32,000 nt of DNA from Bacillus subtilis subsp. subtilis str. 168. GTDB lineage: Bacteria; Bacillota; Bacilli; Bacillales; Bacillaceae. Under the pieces are notes generated by a model. That model worked only from the letters and a program-made list of their open reading frames with translations, made no database searches and was not told the origin of the DNA. The translations under genes were made by a program, and so were the position numbers. The stretch spans positions 1,650,001 through 1,682,000 of the forward strand of contig NC_000964.3 in assembly GCF_000009045.1 (NCBI RefSeq). Reading direction: 5' to 3'. Positions 1-9,832 of the stretch are shown piece by piece (within the stretch, counting starts at the first letter, position 1; each line of letters opens with the position of its first letter).

Positions 1-377
1 TCAGAAGCCGTTTGATGCCGATTAACAGAGCATATAAACTGCCTGATCTAATGGAAGCCGTTAAATATTATATTAATAAAACAGGACGCCGTATCAGCTT
101 TGAATACGGGCTGTTCGGAGGCGTAAACGACCAGGTGGAACACGCCGAAGAGCTTGCCGACTTGCTGGAAGGAGTCAAATGCCACGTGAACTTGATTCCG
201 GTAAACTACGTGCCTGAACGGGACTATGTGCGCACACCGCGTGATCAGATTTTTGCTTTTGAAAAAACGCTGAAATCCCGCGGAGTAAATGTCACAATCC
301 GAAGAGAGCAAGGACATGACATTGACGCAGCCTGCGGTCAGCTTCGCGCGAAGGAGCGTCAAGACGAGACGAGGTGA
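1..377 (+). CDS. rlmN: Radical-SAM rRNA/tRNA adenine-C2 methyltransferase RlmN, C-terminal fragment (5' end outside window)
   Basis: The reading frame is open from the window edge to the stop at 375-377. The tail ...[11 protein letters not shown]...[12 protein letters not shown] matches the RlmN/Cfr C-terminus. It sits directly upstream of prpC-prkC, as yloN does in B. subtilis. Confidence 0.9.
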   Translation, partial: RSRLMPINRAYKLPDLMEAVKYYINKTGRRISFEYGLFGGVNDQVEHAEELADLLEGVKCHVNLIPVNYVPERDYVRTPRDQIFAFEKTLKSRGVNVTIRREQGHDIDAACGQLRAKERQDETR

Positions 378-383
378 TGAGGG

Positions 384-1148
384 TTGTTAACAGCCTTAAA
401 AACAGATACAGGAAAAATCCGCCAGCATAATGAAGATGATGCGGGGATATTCAAGGGGAAAGATGAATTTATATTAGCGGTTGTCGCTGATGGCATGGGC
501 GGCCATCTTGCTGGAGATGTTGCGAGCAAGATGGCTGTGAAAGCCATGGGGGAGAAATGGAATGAAGCAGAGACGATTCCAACTGCGCCCTCGGAATGTG
601 AAAAATGGCTCATTGAACAGATTCTATCGGTAAACAGCAAAATATACGATCACGCTCAAGCCCACGAAGAATGCCAAGGCATGGGGACGACGATTGTATG
701 TGCACTTTTTACGGGGAAAACGGTTTCTGTTGCCCATATCGGAGACAGCAGATGCTATTTGCTTCAGGACGATGATTTCGTTCAAGTGACAGAAGACCAT
801 TCGCTTGTAAATGAACTGGTTCGCACTGGAGAGATTTCCAGAGAAGACGCTGAACATCATCCGCGAAAAAATGTGTTGACGAAGGCGCTTGGAACAGACC
901 AGTTAGTCAGTATTGACACCCGTTCCTTTGATATAGAACCCGGAGACAAACTGCTTCTATGTTCTGACGGACTGACAAATAAAGTGGAAGGCACTGAGTT
1001 AAAAGACATCCTGCAAAGCGATTCAGCTCCTCAGGAAAAAGTAAACCTGCTTGTGGACAAAGCCAATCAGAATGGCGGAGAAGACAACATTACAGCAGTT
1101 TTGCTTGAGCTTGCTTTACAAGTTGAAGAGGGTGAAGATCAGTGCTAA
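384..1148 (+). CDS. prpC: PP2C-family Ser/Thr protein phosphatase
   Basis: 254 aa with a TTG start 6 nt after the rlmN stop. PP2C motifs are present: NEDD, ADGMGGH, GDSR, CSDGL, DN(I)T. The 3' end overlaps the prkC start. Confidence 0.95.
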
Positions 1149-3088
1149 TCGGCAAGCGGATCAGCGGGCGTTACCAAATTCTCCGCGTCATAGGCGGCGG
1201 GGGAATGGCCAACGTGTATTTAGCTGAGGATATCATTCTAGACCGTGAAGTCGCAATTAAAATCCTGCGGTTTGACTATGCAAATGACAATGAATTTATC
1301 AGACGTTTCCGCAGAGAAGCCCAATCCGCATCAAGCCTCGATCACCCGAATATTGTCAGCATTTATGATTTGGGCGAGGAAGATGATATTTATTATATTG
1401 TCATGGAATACGTTGAAGGCATGACGCTTAAAGAATACATAACAGCAAATGGGCCGCTTCACCCTAAAGAAGCGCTGAACATCATGGAGCAAATTGTCTC
1501 AGCCATCGCTCATGCCCATCAAAACCAGATTGTTCACAGAGACATCAAGCCGCATAACATTTTGATTGATCATATGGGAAATATCAAAGTAACGGATTTT
1601 GGAATTGCGACGGCACTAAGTTCGACCACAATCACCCATACCAATTCAGTTCTGGGCTCGGTCCATTACTTATCACCTGAACAGGCCCGGGGCGGCTTAG
1701 CCACAAAAAAATCGGATATTTATGCGCTTGGAATCGTTCTATTTGAGCTTTTAACCGGCCGTATTCCGTTTGATGGAGAGTCAGCAGTCAGCATCGCCTT
1801 GAAGCATCTTCAAGCGGAAACTCCTTCGGCAAAAAGGTGGAATCCATCGGTCCCCCAAAGCGTTGAAAACATCATACTCAAGGCAACTGCCAAAGATCCT
1901 TTTCATCGCTACGAAACGGCTGAAGACATGGAAGCAGACATAAAAACAGCTTTTGATGCCGACAGACTCAATGAAAAGAGATTTACGATTCAAGAAGATG
2001 AAGAAATGACAAAAGCGATACCTATCATTAAAGATGAAGAACTTGCTAAAGCTGCTGGCGAAAAAGAAGCTGAAGTGACAACCGCACAAGAAAACAAAAC
2101 AAAGAAGAACGGCAAAAGAAAAAAGTGGCCGTGGGTTTTGCTCACGATATGCCTCGTTTTTATCACAGCTGGAATTCTTGCTGTCACTGTTTTTCCGTCG
2201 CTTTTCATGCCTAAGGATGTCAAAATACCTGATGTCTCCGGAATGGAATACGAAAAAGCCGCAGGGCTCTTGGAAAAAGAAGGTTTACAGGTTGATTCCG
2301 AGGTGTTGGAAATCTCAGATGAAAAAATTGAAGAGGGCCTGATGGTAAAAACGGATCCTAAAGCGGATACCACAGTCAAAGAAGGCGCCACGGTCACCCT
2401 TTATAAGAGCACCGGAAAAGCAAAAACGGAGATCGGTGATGTGACAGGCCAAACGGTCGACCAAGCAAAAAAAGCGTTGAAGGACCAAGGGTTTAATCAT
2501 GTAACAGTAAATGAAGTGAATGACGAGAAAAATGCGGGCACTGTCATTGACCAAAATCCTTCAGCAGGGACTGAGCTGGTCCCGAGTGAAGATCAAGTCA
2601 AACTTACAGTCAGTATCGGACCCGAAGACATTACGCTTAGAGACTTGAAAACCTACAGTAAAGAAGCAGCGTCTGGATATCTGGAAGACAACGGATTGAA
2701 GCTTGTAGAAAAAGAAGCATACTCAGATGATGTTCCAGAAGGACAGGTTGTCAAACAAAAACCAGCAGCAGGTACGGCAGTAAAGCCGGGAAACGAAGTT
2801 GAAGTGACATTCTCTCTCGGACCAGAGAAAAAACCTGCGAAAACAGTGAAAGAAAAGGTCAAGATCCCCTACGAACCAGAAAATGAAGGGGACGAGCTTC
2901 AAGTGCAAATCGCGGTTGACGATGCGGATCACAGCATCTCTGACACTTACGAAGAATTTAAGATAAAAGAGCCGACTGAACGAACGATCGAACTAAAGAT
3001 TGAACCAGGCCAAAAAGGGTACTATCAAGTAATGGTAAACAATAAAGTTGTCAGCTACAAAACCATTGAGTATCCGAAAGATGAATAA
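1142..3088 (+). CDS. prkC: Hanks-type Ser/Thr kinase with TM segment and three extracellular PASTA repeats
   Basis: 648 aa with a GTG start overlapping prpC by 7 nt. Kinase motifs are [22 protein letters not shown] and DFG. A hydrophobic TM segment [23 protein letters not shown] follows. Three ~67-aa PASTA units are encoded at about 2213-2821, then a C-terminal beta-rich domain. Confidence 0.97.
2213..2821 (+). other. Three tandem PASTA domain repeats inside prkC (protein-level repeat)
   Basis: The translated units are [10 protein letters not shown]...[17 protein letters not shown]...LTVSIG and [10 protein letters not shown]...VTFSLG. They share the PASTA pattern: G...A...L...G, then V...G.V..Q.P..G, then V.L..S.G. 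Confidence 0.8.
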
Positions 3089-3102
3089 CAAGGAGGGAAA
3101 AT

Positions 3103-3999
3103 ATGCCTGAGGGCAAAATTATTAAGGCGCTAAGCGGCTTTTACTATGTACTGGATGAATCAGAGGATTCAGATAAAGTAATACAATGCAGAGGAAGAGG
3201 CATTTTCAGAAAAAACAAAATTACCCCTCTTGTCGGTGATTACGTTGTGTATCAAGCTGAAAATGACAAAGAAGGATATCTAATGGAAATTAAAGAAAGA
3301 ACCAACGAGCTTATCAGGCCGCCAATTTGCAACGTTGATCAAGCGGTCCTTGTTTTCTCAGCGGTTCAGCCTTCTTTCAGCACGGCATTGCTCGACCGCT
3401 TCCTGGTTCTCGTTGAGGCCAATGATATTCAGCCGATTATATGCATTACTAAAATGGATCTGATTGAAGATCAAGATACAGAAGATACGATACAAGCCTA
3501 TGCAGAAGACTATCGGAATATTGGTTATGACGTATACCTTACCTCCTCTAAGGACCAAGATAGTTTAGCGGACATCATCCCGCATTTTCAGGATAAAACA
3601 ACGGTATTTGCCGGTCAGTCCGGTGTTGGGAAATCCTCGCTTCTCAACGCGATCAGTCCGGAGCTCGGATTAAGAACAAACGAGATTTCCGAGCATTTGG
3701 GCCGCGGGAAACACACAACCCGCCACGTGGAGCTGATTCACACGTCCGGAGGTTTGGTTGCAGATACACCGGGATTCAGCTCGCTTGAATTTACAGACAT
3801 TGAGGAAGAAGAGCTGGGCTATACCTTCCCTGATATCAGAGAAAAAAGCTCTTCATGCAAATTTAGAGGCTGTTTACATCTGAAAGAGCCGAAATGTGCG
3901 GTGAAACAAGCTGTTGAAGACGGGGAATTAAAGCAGTATCGCTATGACCATTATGTTGAATTTATGACGGAGATTAAAGACAGAAAGCCGAGGTATTAG
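3103..3999 (+). CDS. cpgA: Circularly permuted ribosome small-subunit biogenesis GTPase (RsgA/YloQ/CpgA)
   Basis: 298 aa with RBS AAGGAGGG upstream. The G motifs are in permuted order: G4 TKMD, G1 [10 protein letters not shown]3 DTPG. There is a C-terminal zinc-binding cluster, [14 protein letters not shown]. Confidence 0.95.
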   Translation: MPEGKIIKALSGFYYVLDESEDSDKVIQCRGRGIFRKNKITPLVGDYVVYQAENDKEGYLMEIKERTNELIRPPICNVDQAVLVFSAVQPSFSTALLDRFLVLVEANDIQPIICITKMDLIEDQDTEDTIQAYAEDYRNIGYDVYLTSSKDQDSLADIIPHFQDKTTVFAGQSGVGKSSLLNAISPELGLRTNEISEHLGRGKHTTRHVELIHTSGGLVADTPGFSSLEFTDIEEEELGYTFPDIREKSSSCKFRGCLHLKEPKCAVKQAVEDGELKQYRYDHYVEFMTEIKDRKPRY

Positions 4000-4003
4000 C
4001 ATA

Positions 4004-4657
4004 ATGATAAAGGTTGCACCATCTATTCTTTCCGCTGATTTTGCCGCTTTAGGCAATGAGATTAAAGATGTAGAAAAAGGCGGAGCCGATTGTATTCATA
4101 TTGATGTTATGGACGGCCATTTTGTCCCGAATATCACAATCGGTCCGCTGATTGTAGAAGCGGTCCGGCCGGTAACGGATCTGCCGCTTGATGTCCATTT
4201 AATGATAGAAGAGCCGGATCGTTATATCCCGGCTTTTGCGAAAGCAGGCGCAGATATCCTGTCTGTGCATGCTGAGGCATGTCCGCACCTGCACCGTACC
4301 ATCCAGCTCATTAAAGAGCAAGGAGTGAAGGCCGGAGTAGTTCTAAACCCGCATACCCCTGTACAAGTCATCGAACATGTTTTCGACGATCTTGATCTTG
4401 TTCTTTTAATGACGGTGAACCCGGGCTTCGGCGGGCAGAAATTTATTCATTCAGTCCTTCCTAAAATAAAAGAGGTTAAGCGAATGGCGGATGAAAAAGG
4501 AAAAAAAGATCTGTTAATTGAAGTAGACGGCGGCGTCAACAAAGAAACCGCTCCGCTCGTCATTGAAGCGGGCGCAAATTTACTCGTTGCCGGTTCAGCT
4601 GTTTATGGCCAGTCTGACCGCAAAAAAGCAATTTCTGAAATCAGAGGAAGTAAATAA
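4004..4657 (+). CDS. rpe: Ribulose-5-phosphate 3-epimerase
   Basis: 217 aa. Motifs [27 protein letters not shown] and VDGG are typical of Rpe. Confidence 0.95.
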   Translation: MIKVAPSILSADFAALGNEIKDVEKGGADCIHIDVMDGHFVPNITIGPLIVEAVRPVTDLPLDVHLMIEEPDRYIPAFAKAGADILSVHAEACPHLHRTIQLIKEQGVKAGVVLNPHTPVQVIEHVFDDLDLVLLMTVNPGFGGQKFIHSVLPKIKEVKRMADEKGKKDLLIEVDGGVNKETAPLVIEAGANLLVAGSAVYGQSDRKKAISEIRGSK

Positions 4658-4666
4658 GCAGCTTTA

Positions 4667-4704
4667 GAAAAGAGCTGGGCATACAATAGCCTAAGCTCTT
4701 TTTC
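4667..4704 (+). terminator. Candidate weak intrinsic terminator after rpe
   Basis: GAAAAGAGCT (4667-4676) pairs with AGCTCTTTT (4694-4702). The loop is long (17 nt) and the T-run is partly inside the stem. Confidence 0.4.
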
Positions 4705-4729
4705 CTGTATGCAGAGAAAGGAATCAGAG

Positions 4730-5374
4730 ATGAAAACAATTAATATCGTTGCGGGAGGCCCGAAAAATCTCATTCCCGATCTAACCGGCTATACGGATGA
4801 ACACACGCTTTGGATCGGTGTTGACAAAGGCACCGTCACTCTCTTAGATGCCGGGATCATTCCTGTTGAAGCCTTCGGAGATTTTGACAGCATAACGGAG
4901 CAAGAACGCCGGCGAATAGAAAAAGCCGCTCCCGCCCTTCATGTGTATCAAGCAGAAAAAGATCAAACAGATTTAGACCTCGCCCTTGATTGGGCGCTGG
5001 AAAAGCAGCCGGATATTATTCAGATTTTCGGCATTACAGGCGGCAGAGCTGATCATTTTTTAGGAAACATTCAGCTTCTGTATAAAGGTGTAAAAACGAA
5101 CATAAAAATTAGGCTGATAGACAAACAAAATCATATTCAAATGTTCCCTCCTGGTGAATATGATATTGAGAAGGATGAAAATAAGCGATATATCTCCTTC
5201 ATACCGTTTTCCGAAGACATACATGAGCTGACCCTGACCGGTTTTAAATATCCTCTAAATAATTGTCATATTACGCTCGGTTCAACACTATGTATTAGTA
5301 ACGAACTCATTCATTCACGAGGTACTTTTTCGTTTGCAAAAGGCATATTAATAATGATAAGAAGCACGGATTAA
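4730..5374 (+). CDS. thiN: Thiamine pyrophosphokinase
   Basis: The ORF-track entry starts at 4709. I place the start at ATG 4730 (MKTINIVAGGP...), which follows AGAAAGGAA and lies downstream of the rpe hairpin. The product is a 214-aa TPK-family protein (GDFDS, GxTGGRxDH). Confidence 0.88.
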   Translation: MKTINIVAGGPKNLIPDLTGYTDEHTLWIGVDKGTVTLLDAGIIPVEAFGDFDSITEQERRRIEKAAPALHVYQAEKDQTDLDLALDWALEKQPDIIQIFGITGGRADHFLGNIQLLYKGVKTNIKIRLIDKQNHIQMFPPGEYDIEKDENKRYISFIPFSEDIHELTLTGFKYPLNNCHITLGSTLCISNELIHSRGTFSFAKGILIMIRSTD

Positions 5375-5445
5375 GCATGTGCTTTCATTCAATTGCTGAA
5401 AACAATGAACAAGGCGGTTACGGGACGTTATAGGAGGGGACAAAA

Positions 5446-5526
5446 ATGAAATTTTACACCATTAAATTGCCGAAGTTTTTAGGAGGAATTGTCCGGGCGA
5501 TGCTGGGCTCATTTAGAAAAGATTAA
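5446..5526 (+). CDS. spoVM: 26-aa sporulation protein SpoVM (amphipathic-helix, forespore membrane-curvature localised)
   Basis: This gene is too short for the ORF track. ATG 5446 is preceded by AGGAGGGG at 5432-5439. The translation is MKFYTIKLPKFLGGIVRAMLGSFRKD, ending at TAA 5524-5526, which is the SpoVM sequence as I remember it. Confidence 0.9.
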   Translation: MKFYTIKLPKFLGGIVRAMLGSFRKD

Positions 5527-5560
5527 TGCCCAGGGGTTCAAAGCCCTCTTTCACCACATA

Positions 5561-5598
5561 AAAACGCCTGCCACATATCGGGGCAGGCGTTCATTTTG

Positions 5599-5600
<2 letters not shown>
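5561..5600. terminator. Bidirectional intrinsic terminator shared by convergent spoVM and rpmB
   Basis: A perfect 10-bp stem pairs AACGCCTGCC (5563-5572) with GGCAGGCGTT (5582-5591). An A-run lies upstream and CATTTTGTT downstream, so a U-tract is available on both strands. Confidence 0.8.
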
Positions 5601-5799
<199 letters not shown>

Positions 5800-5870
5800 T
5801 CACTTGCACAAAACATCTACTTTTTAACATTCATATAATCTTAGATGCTTTCGATATGGATACTTTAAAT

Positions 5871-5899
5871 AATTTACCACAGCTAAAAAACGTTTGCAA
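5871..5899 (-). promoter_or_regulatory. Candidate SigA promoter of rpmB (TTGCAA-17-TGgTAAATT, extended -10)
   Basis: The minus strand reads gTTGCAAacgttttttagctgTGgTAAATTatt. The -35 is at 5899-5894 and the -10 at 5876-5871, with a 17-nt spacer. Confidence 0.5.
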
Positions 5900-6063
5900 C
5901 TATTGTTTCATCATCTTTCAAGAAAATTCACTTGACATCTTGCGGAAACAGCAGCGCTATAGTATATGTAGAGGTACGGCCAGCGATTATTGCCTGGTCT
6001 TTTCATAATGGAAACCATATAGTAGAATAGCTGTAACTCTATGCATTCGAAGGAGGAACTAGT

Positions 6064-6426
6064 GTGTCCATTGAATTAAGAACGAAGTACGGACAGATTG
6101 ATATATCTAATGAAGTCATCGCGATGGTTGCAGGAGGCGCGGCGGTTGACTGTTACGGCATTGTCGGCATGGCCTCTAAAAACCAGATTAAAGACGGACT
6201 GACTGAAATCCTTCGGAAAGAGAATTTCAGCAGGGGTGTCCAAGTTCGCCAAGAAGGAGAACAGATACATATCGACATGTATATCATTGTCAGCTACGGC
6301 ACGAAAATTTCTGAAGTGGCACATAATGTCCAAACAAAAGTAAAGTACACAGTAAATCAAACCATCGGACTGGCAGTGGATTCTGTCAATATTTATGTCC
6401 AAGGCGTACGAGTGACGAACCCGTAG
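6064..6426 (+). CDS. yloU: Asp23/Gls24-family (alkaline shock protein 23-like) protein
   Basis: 120 aa with a GTG start preceded by GAAGGAGGAAC. The N-terminus ...ISNEVIAMVAGGAAVDCYGIVGMASK is typical of Asp23/DUF322. Confidence 0.9.
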   Translation: MSIELRTKYGQIDISNEVIAMVAGGAAVDCYGIVGMASKNQIKDGLTEILRKENFSRGVQVRQEGEQIHIDMYIIVSYGTKISEVAHNVQTKVKYTVNQTIGLAVDSVNIYVQGVRVTNP

Positions 6427-6441
6427 TTAGGAGGAGTAGGA

Positions 6442-8103
6442 TTGTCTATCAGAACATTAGACGGCAGAACCTTTGCCGAGATGATTCTTGCGGGAGCGCA
6501 GAATCTGTCTCAAAACGCCAGTGCAGTTGATGCACTGAACGTGTTCCCGGTGCCGGACGGTGATACGGGAACAAATATGAACCTGTCGATGACTTCCGGA
6601 GCAAGAGAAGTTGAACAAATGGATACGGATGATATCGGGAAGGTGGGCTCCGCGTTATCTAAAGGGCTGCTCATGGGAGCACGCGGAAATTCAGGAGTTA
6701 TCCTATCCCAATTGTTCCGCGGATTTAGCAAAAACATTGAAACGAAAAAAGAAATTAATGCACTTGAGTTTGCCGCTGCGCTGCAAGCAGGTGTAGACAT
6801 GGCGTATAAAGCTGTCATGAAACCTGTAGAGGGCACCATTTTAACAGTTGCAAAAGACGCTGCAAAAAAAGCAATGATCTTAGCAGAAAAAGAAACCGAT
6901 ATCACTGCGCTGATGACTGCAGTGACAGAAGAAGCAGAGGCGTCTTTAAACCGCACCCCTGAATTGCTACCTGTCCTAAAGGAAGTAGGAGTTGTCGATA
7001 GCGGGGGCAAAGGCCTGCTCTGTGTGTATGAAGGTTTCCTTGCTTCATTAAAAGGTGAAACTGTACCTCAGAAAGCAGTTCTTCCGTCACTTGACGACAT
7101 GGTCAGCGCAGAGCATCACAAGAGCGCGCAAAGCATGATGAATACCGAAGATATTGAATTTGGATTCTGTACCGAAGTGATGGTTAGGCTTGATCAGACA
7201 AAAAGAGAGTTCGACGAAGGCACGTTCAGGCAAGACCTCAGCCAGTTCGGAGATTCTCTGCTTGTGATTGCGGATGAATCGCTGGCGAAGGTTCATATTC
7301 ATGCTGAAGAGCCGGGAAACGTGTTAAACTACGCCCAGCATTACGGTGAATTGATCAAAATAAAAATAGAAAATATGAGAGAACAGCATACCTCTATCAT
7401 CAGTCAAGAAAGCAAACCTGCAGACAACGAAACACCGCCGGCAAAACAGCCGTATGGCATTGTGACTGTAGCGATGGGAGAAGGAATTGCAGACCTATTT
7501 AAAAGCATTGGCGCTTCTGTTGTGATTGAAGGCGGCCAGACCATGAACCCAAGCACTGAGGATATTGTTGATGCCGTGAAGTCTGTAAATGCAGATACGG
7601 TATTTATCCTGCCTAACAACTCCAACATTATCATGGCTGCTAACCAAGCGGCCAGCGTAGTGGATGAACAGGTTTTTGTCATTCCTGCTAAAACGGTTCC
7701 GCAAGGGATGTCAGCTCTGCTGGCTTTTAACCCGGATCAAGAAGCTGAAGCGAACGAGGCCAATATGCTAAGCGCCATTCAGCAAGTAAAAAGCGGACAG
7801 GTGACGTTCTCAGTCAGAGATACTCATATTGACGGTAAAGACATTAAAAAAGGCGACTTTATGGGCATTCTGAATGGAACGATTATCGGCACTTCTGAAA
7901 ATCAGCTGTCAGCCGCGAAAATGCTGCTGTCAGAAATGATCGGAGAAGATGATGAAATCGTGACCATTCTATATGGTGAGGATGCGTCTCAGGAAGAAGC
8001 TGAGCAGCTTGAAGCGTTTCTCAGTGAAAAGTACGAGGAGATTGAGGTTGAGATCCACAATGGGAAACAGCCTCTGTATTCGTATATAGTTTCAGCAGAA
8101 TAG
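6442..8103 (+). CDS. yloV: DAK2/DhaL-domain protein, fatty-acid kinase FakA-like
   Basis: 553 aa with a TTG start preceded by TAGGAGGAG. The N-terminal DhaL/Dak2 signature is DALNVFPVPDGDTGTNM...GARGNSGVILSQ. The length and two-lobe layout match Firmicute FakA. Confidence 0.9.
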   Translation: MSIRTLDGRTFAEMILAGAQNLSQNASAVDALNVFPVPDGDTGTNMNLSMTSGAREVEQMDTDDIGKVGSALSKGLLMGARGNSGVILSQLFRGFSKNIETKKEINALEFAAALQAGVDMAYKAVMKPVEGTILTVAKDAAKKAMILAEKETDITALMTAVTEEAEASLNRTPELLPVLKEVGVVDSGGKGLLCVYEGFLASLKGETVPQKAVLPSLDDMVSAEHHKSAQSMMNTEDIEFGFCTEVMVRLDQTKREFDEGTFRQDLSQFGDSLLVIADESLAKVHIHAEEPGNVLNYAQHYGELIKIKIENMREQHTSIISQESKPADNETPPAKQPYGIVTVAMGEGIADLFKSIGASVVIEGGQTMNPSTEDIVDAVKSVNADTVFILPNNSNIIMAANQAASVVDEQVFVIPAKTVPQGMSALLAFNPDQEAEANEANMLSAIQQVKSGQVTFSVRDTHIDGKDIKKGDFMGILNGTIIGTSENQLSAAKMLLSEMIGEDDEIVTILYGEDASQEEAEQLEAFLSEKYEEIEVEIHNGKQPLYSYIVSAE

Positions 8104-8130
8104 AAGGGCAATTTGCCCTTCTATTCTTAT
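8101..8130 (+). terminator. Intrinsic terminator after yloV
   Basis: Near-perfect palindrome TAGAAGGGCAAtTTGCCCTTCTA at 8101-8123. The GC-rich core is GAAGGGC/GCCCTTC, followed by TTCTTAT. Confidence 0.7.
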
Positions 8131-8241
8131 GTCTGCTTTTAAGTGCGGCAGCGCTGTAACGCGCCCGCTTGCCATTTTATATCTGATCAATTAGTCTAGA
8201 AGCAAAGCGCTAATAAGCTCTGGTTCATAAGGAGGAATAGC

Positions 8242-8904
8242 ATGAAATACAGAAGCGTTTTTGATATTATCGGCCCGGTTATGATCGGTCCGTCCAGCTC
8301 TCATACAGCGGGAGCTGCTAGAATCGGGAGAGTGGCCAGAAGTTTATTTGGCAGAGAGCCTGAGCGCATCATTGTATCTTTTTACGGCTCGTTTGCGGAA
8401 ACGTATAAGGGCCACGGCACAGATGTCGCGATTATCGGCGGATTGCTTGATTTTGATACATTCGATGAACGGATTAAAACCGCTATACAAATTGCAGAAG
8501 CTAAAGGAATTGATATAGAGTTTCGGGTAGAAGACGCAGTCCCGGTCCACCCGAACACAGCAAAAATCACCATTTCTGATGAAAAGGGTGAGCTGGAACT
8601 GACGGGTATTTCGATTGGCGGAGGAAAGATTGAAATCACAGAATTGAATGGTTTTGAGCTCCGGCTGTCAGGAAATCATCCGGCCATATTAGTTGTTCAT
8701 AATGACAAGTTTGGCACAATTGCCGGTGTTGCCAATGTTCTGGCGAAATTTTCAATCAACGTAGGACATATGGAAGTAGCCCGGAAAGATATCGGCCAGC
8801 TTGCGCTGATGACAATAGAGGTCGATCAAAATATTGACGACCACATTCTCGACGAGCTGTCGAAGCTGCCGAATATTATTCAAGTGACAAAGATTGCTGA
8901 CTAG
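8242..8904 (+). CDS. sdaAB: L-serine dehydratase (iron-sulfur type), beta subunit with ACT-like domain
   Basis: 220 aa with RBS AAGGAGGAA. The N-terminus is VFDIIGPVMIGPSSSHTAGA and the C-terminus is an ACT-like regulatory domain. Confidence 0.95.
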   Translation: MKYRSVFDIIGPVMIGPSSSHTAGAARIGRVARSLFGREPERIIVSFYGSFAETYKGHGTDVAIIGGLLDFDTFDERIKTAIQIAEAKGIDIEFRVEDAVPVHPNTAKITISDEKGELELTGISIGGGKIEITELNGFELRLSGNHPAILVVHNDKFGTIAGVANVLAKFSINVGHMEVARKDIGQLALMTIEVDQNIDDHILDELSKLPNIIQVTKIAD

Positions 8905-8929
8905 CGAAAAGGGTCAGGAGGAGCCAGTT

Positions 8930-9832
8930 ATGTTTCGTAATGTAAAAGAATTAATTGAGATTACTAAAGAAAAACAAATATTGATCTCTGATGTGATGAT
9001 AGCTCAAGAGATGGAAGTAACAGAAAAAACAAAAGAGGACATTTTTCAGCAGATGGATCATAACCTGTCTGTTATGGAAGCGGCGGTTCAGAAAGGACTC
9101 GAGGGAGTTACGAGCCAAACGGGCTTAACAGGCGGAGATGCCGTTAAATTGCAGGCCTATATTCGATCAGGAAAAAGCCTGTCTGGCCCGCTGATTTTAG
9201 ATGCTGTATCGAAAGCCGTTGCAACAAATGAAGTAAATGCAGCCATGGGAACCATCTGTGCGACACCGACTGCAGGTTCTGCCGGTGTGGTGCCCGGTAC
9301 GTTATTTGCTGTAAAAGAAAAGCTGAATCCAACAAGAGAACAAATGATCCGCTTTTTGTTTACAGCCGGGGCTTTCGGATTTGTCGTGGCCAATAACGCA
9401 AGCATTTCCGGCGCCGCCGGAGGATGTCAGGCAGAGGTTGGATCAGCTTCAGGCATGGCGGCTGCGGCTATTGTTGAAATGGCAGGAGGAACACCCGAAC
9501 AAAGCGCGGAAGCCATGGCCATTACATTAAAAAATATGCTAGGCCTCGTGTGCGACCCTGTTGCAGGGCTTGTTGAGGTGCCTTGCGTGAAACGGAATGC
9601 GATGGGCGCGTCAAATGCGATGATTGCTGCTGATATGGCATTGGCGGGCATTACAAGCCGTATTCCATGTGATGAGGTTATCGATGCCATGTATAAAATA
9701 GGCCAAACGATGCCAACTGCACTTAGAGAAACAGGCCAGGGCGGTTTAGCGGCAACACCGACAGGAAGAGAATTAGAGAAAAAAATTTTCGGAGGAGCGC
9801 TAGGTTCACGTGAAACAACATCAGCAAACTAG
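8930..9832 (+). CDS. sdaAA: L-serine dehydratase (iron-sulfur type), alpha subunit
   Basis: The ORF-track start at 8894 overlaps sdaAB. I place the start at ATG 8930 (MFRNVKELIEI...), 6 nt after AGGAGGAG at 8916-8923. That gives 300 aa with CATPTAGSAGV and GGCQAEVG motifs. Confidence 0.92.
   Translation: MFRNVKELIEITKEKQILISDVMIAQEMEVTEKTKEDIFQQMDHNLSVMEAAVQKGLEGVTSQTGLTGGDAVKLQAYIRSGKSLSGPLILDAVSKAVATNEVNAAMGTICATPTAGSAGVVPGTLFAVKEKLNPTREQMIRFLFTAGAFGFVVANNASISGAAGGCQAEVGSASGMAAAAIVEMAGGTPEQSAEAMAITLKNMLGLVCDPVAGLVEVPCVKRNAMGASNAMIAADMALAGITSRIPCDEVIDAMYKIGQTMPTALRETGQGGLAATPTGRELEKKIFGGALGSRETTSAN

Noticed and set aside
5932-5963. Possible yloU promoter: consensus TTGACA (5932-5937) with TATAGT (5958-5963), plus a second TATAGT at 6018-6023.
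   Set aside because: The spacer is 20 nt, outside the usual 16-18 nt range, and the second -10 has no -35 or TG motif. I therefore did not call it as a feature.
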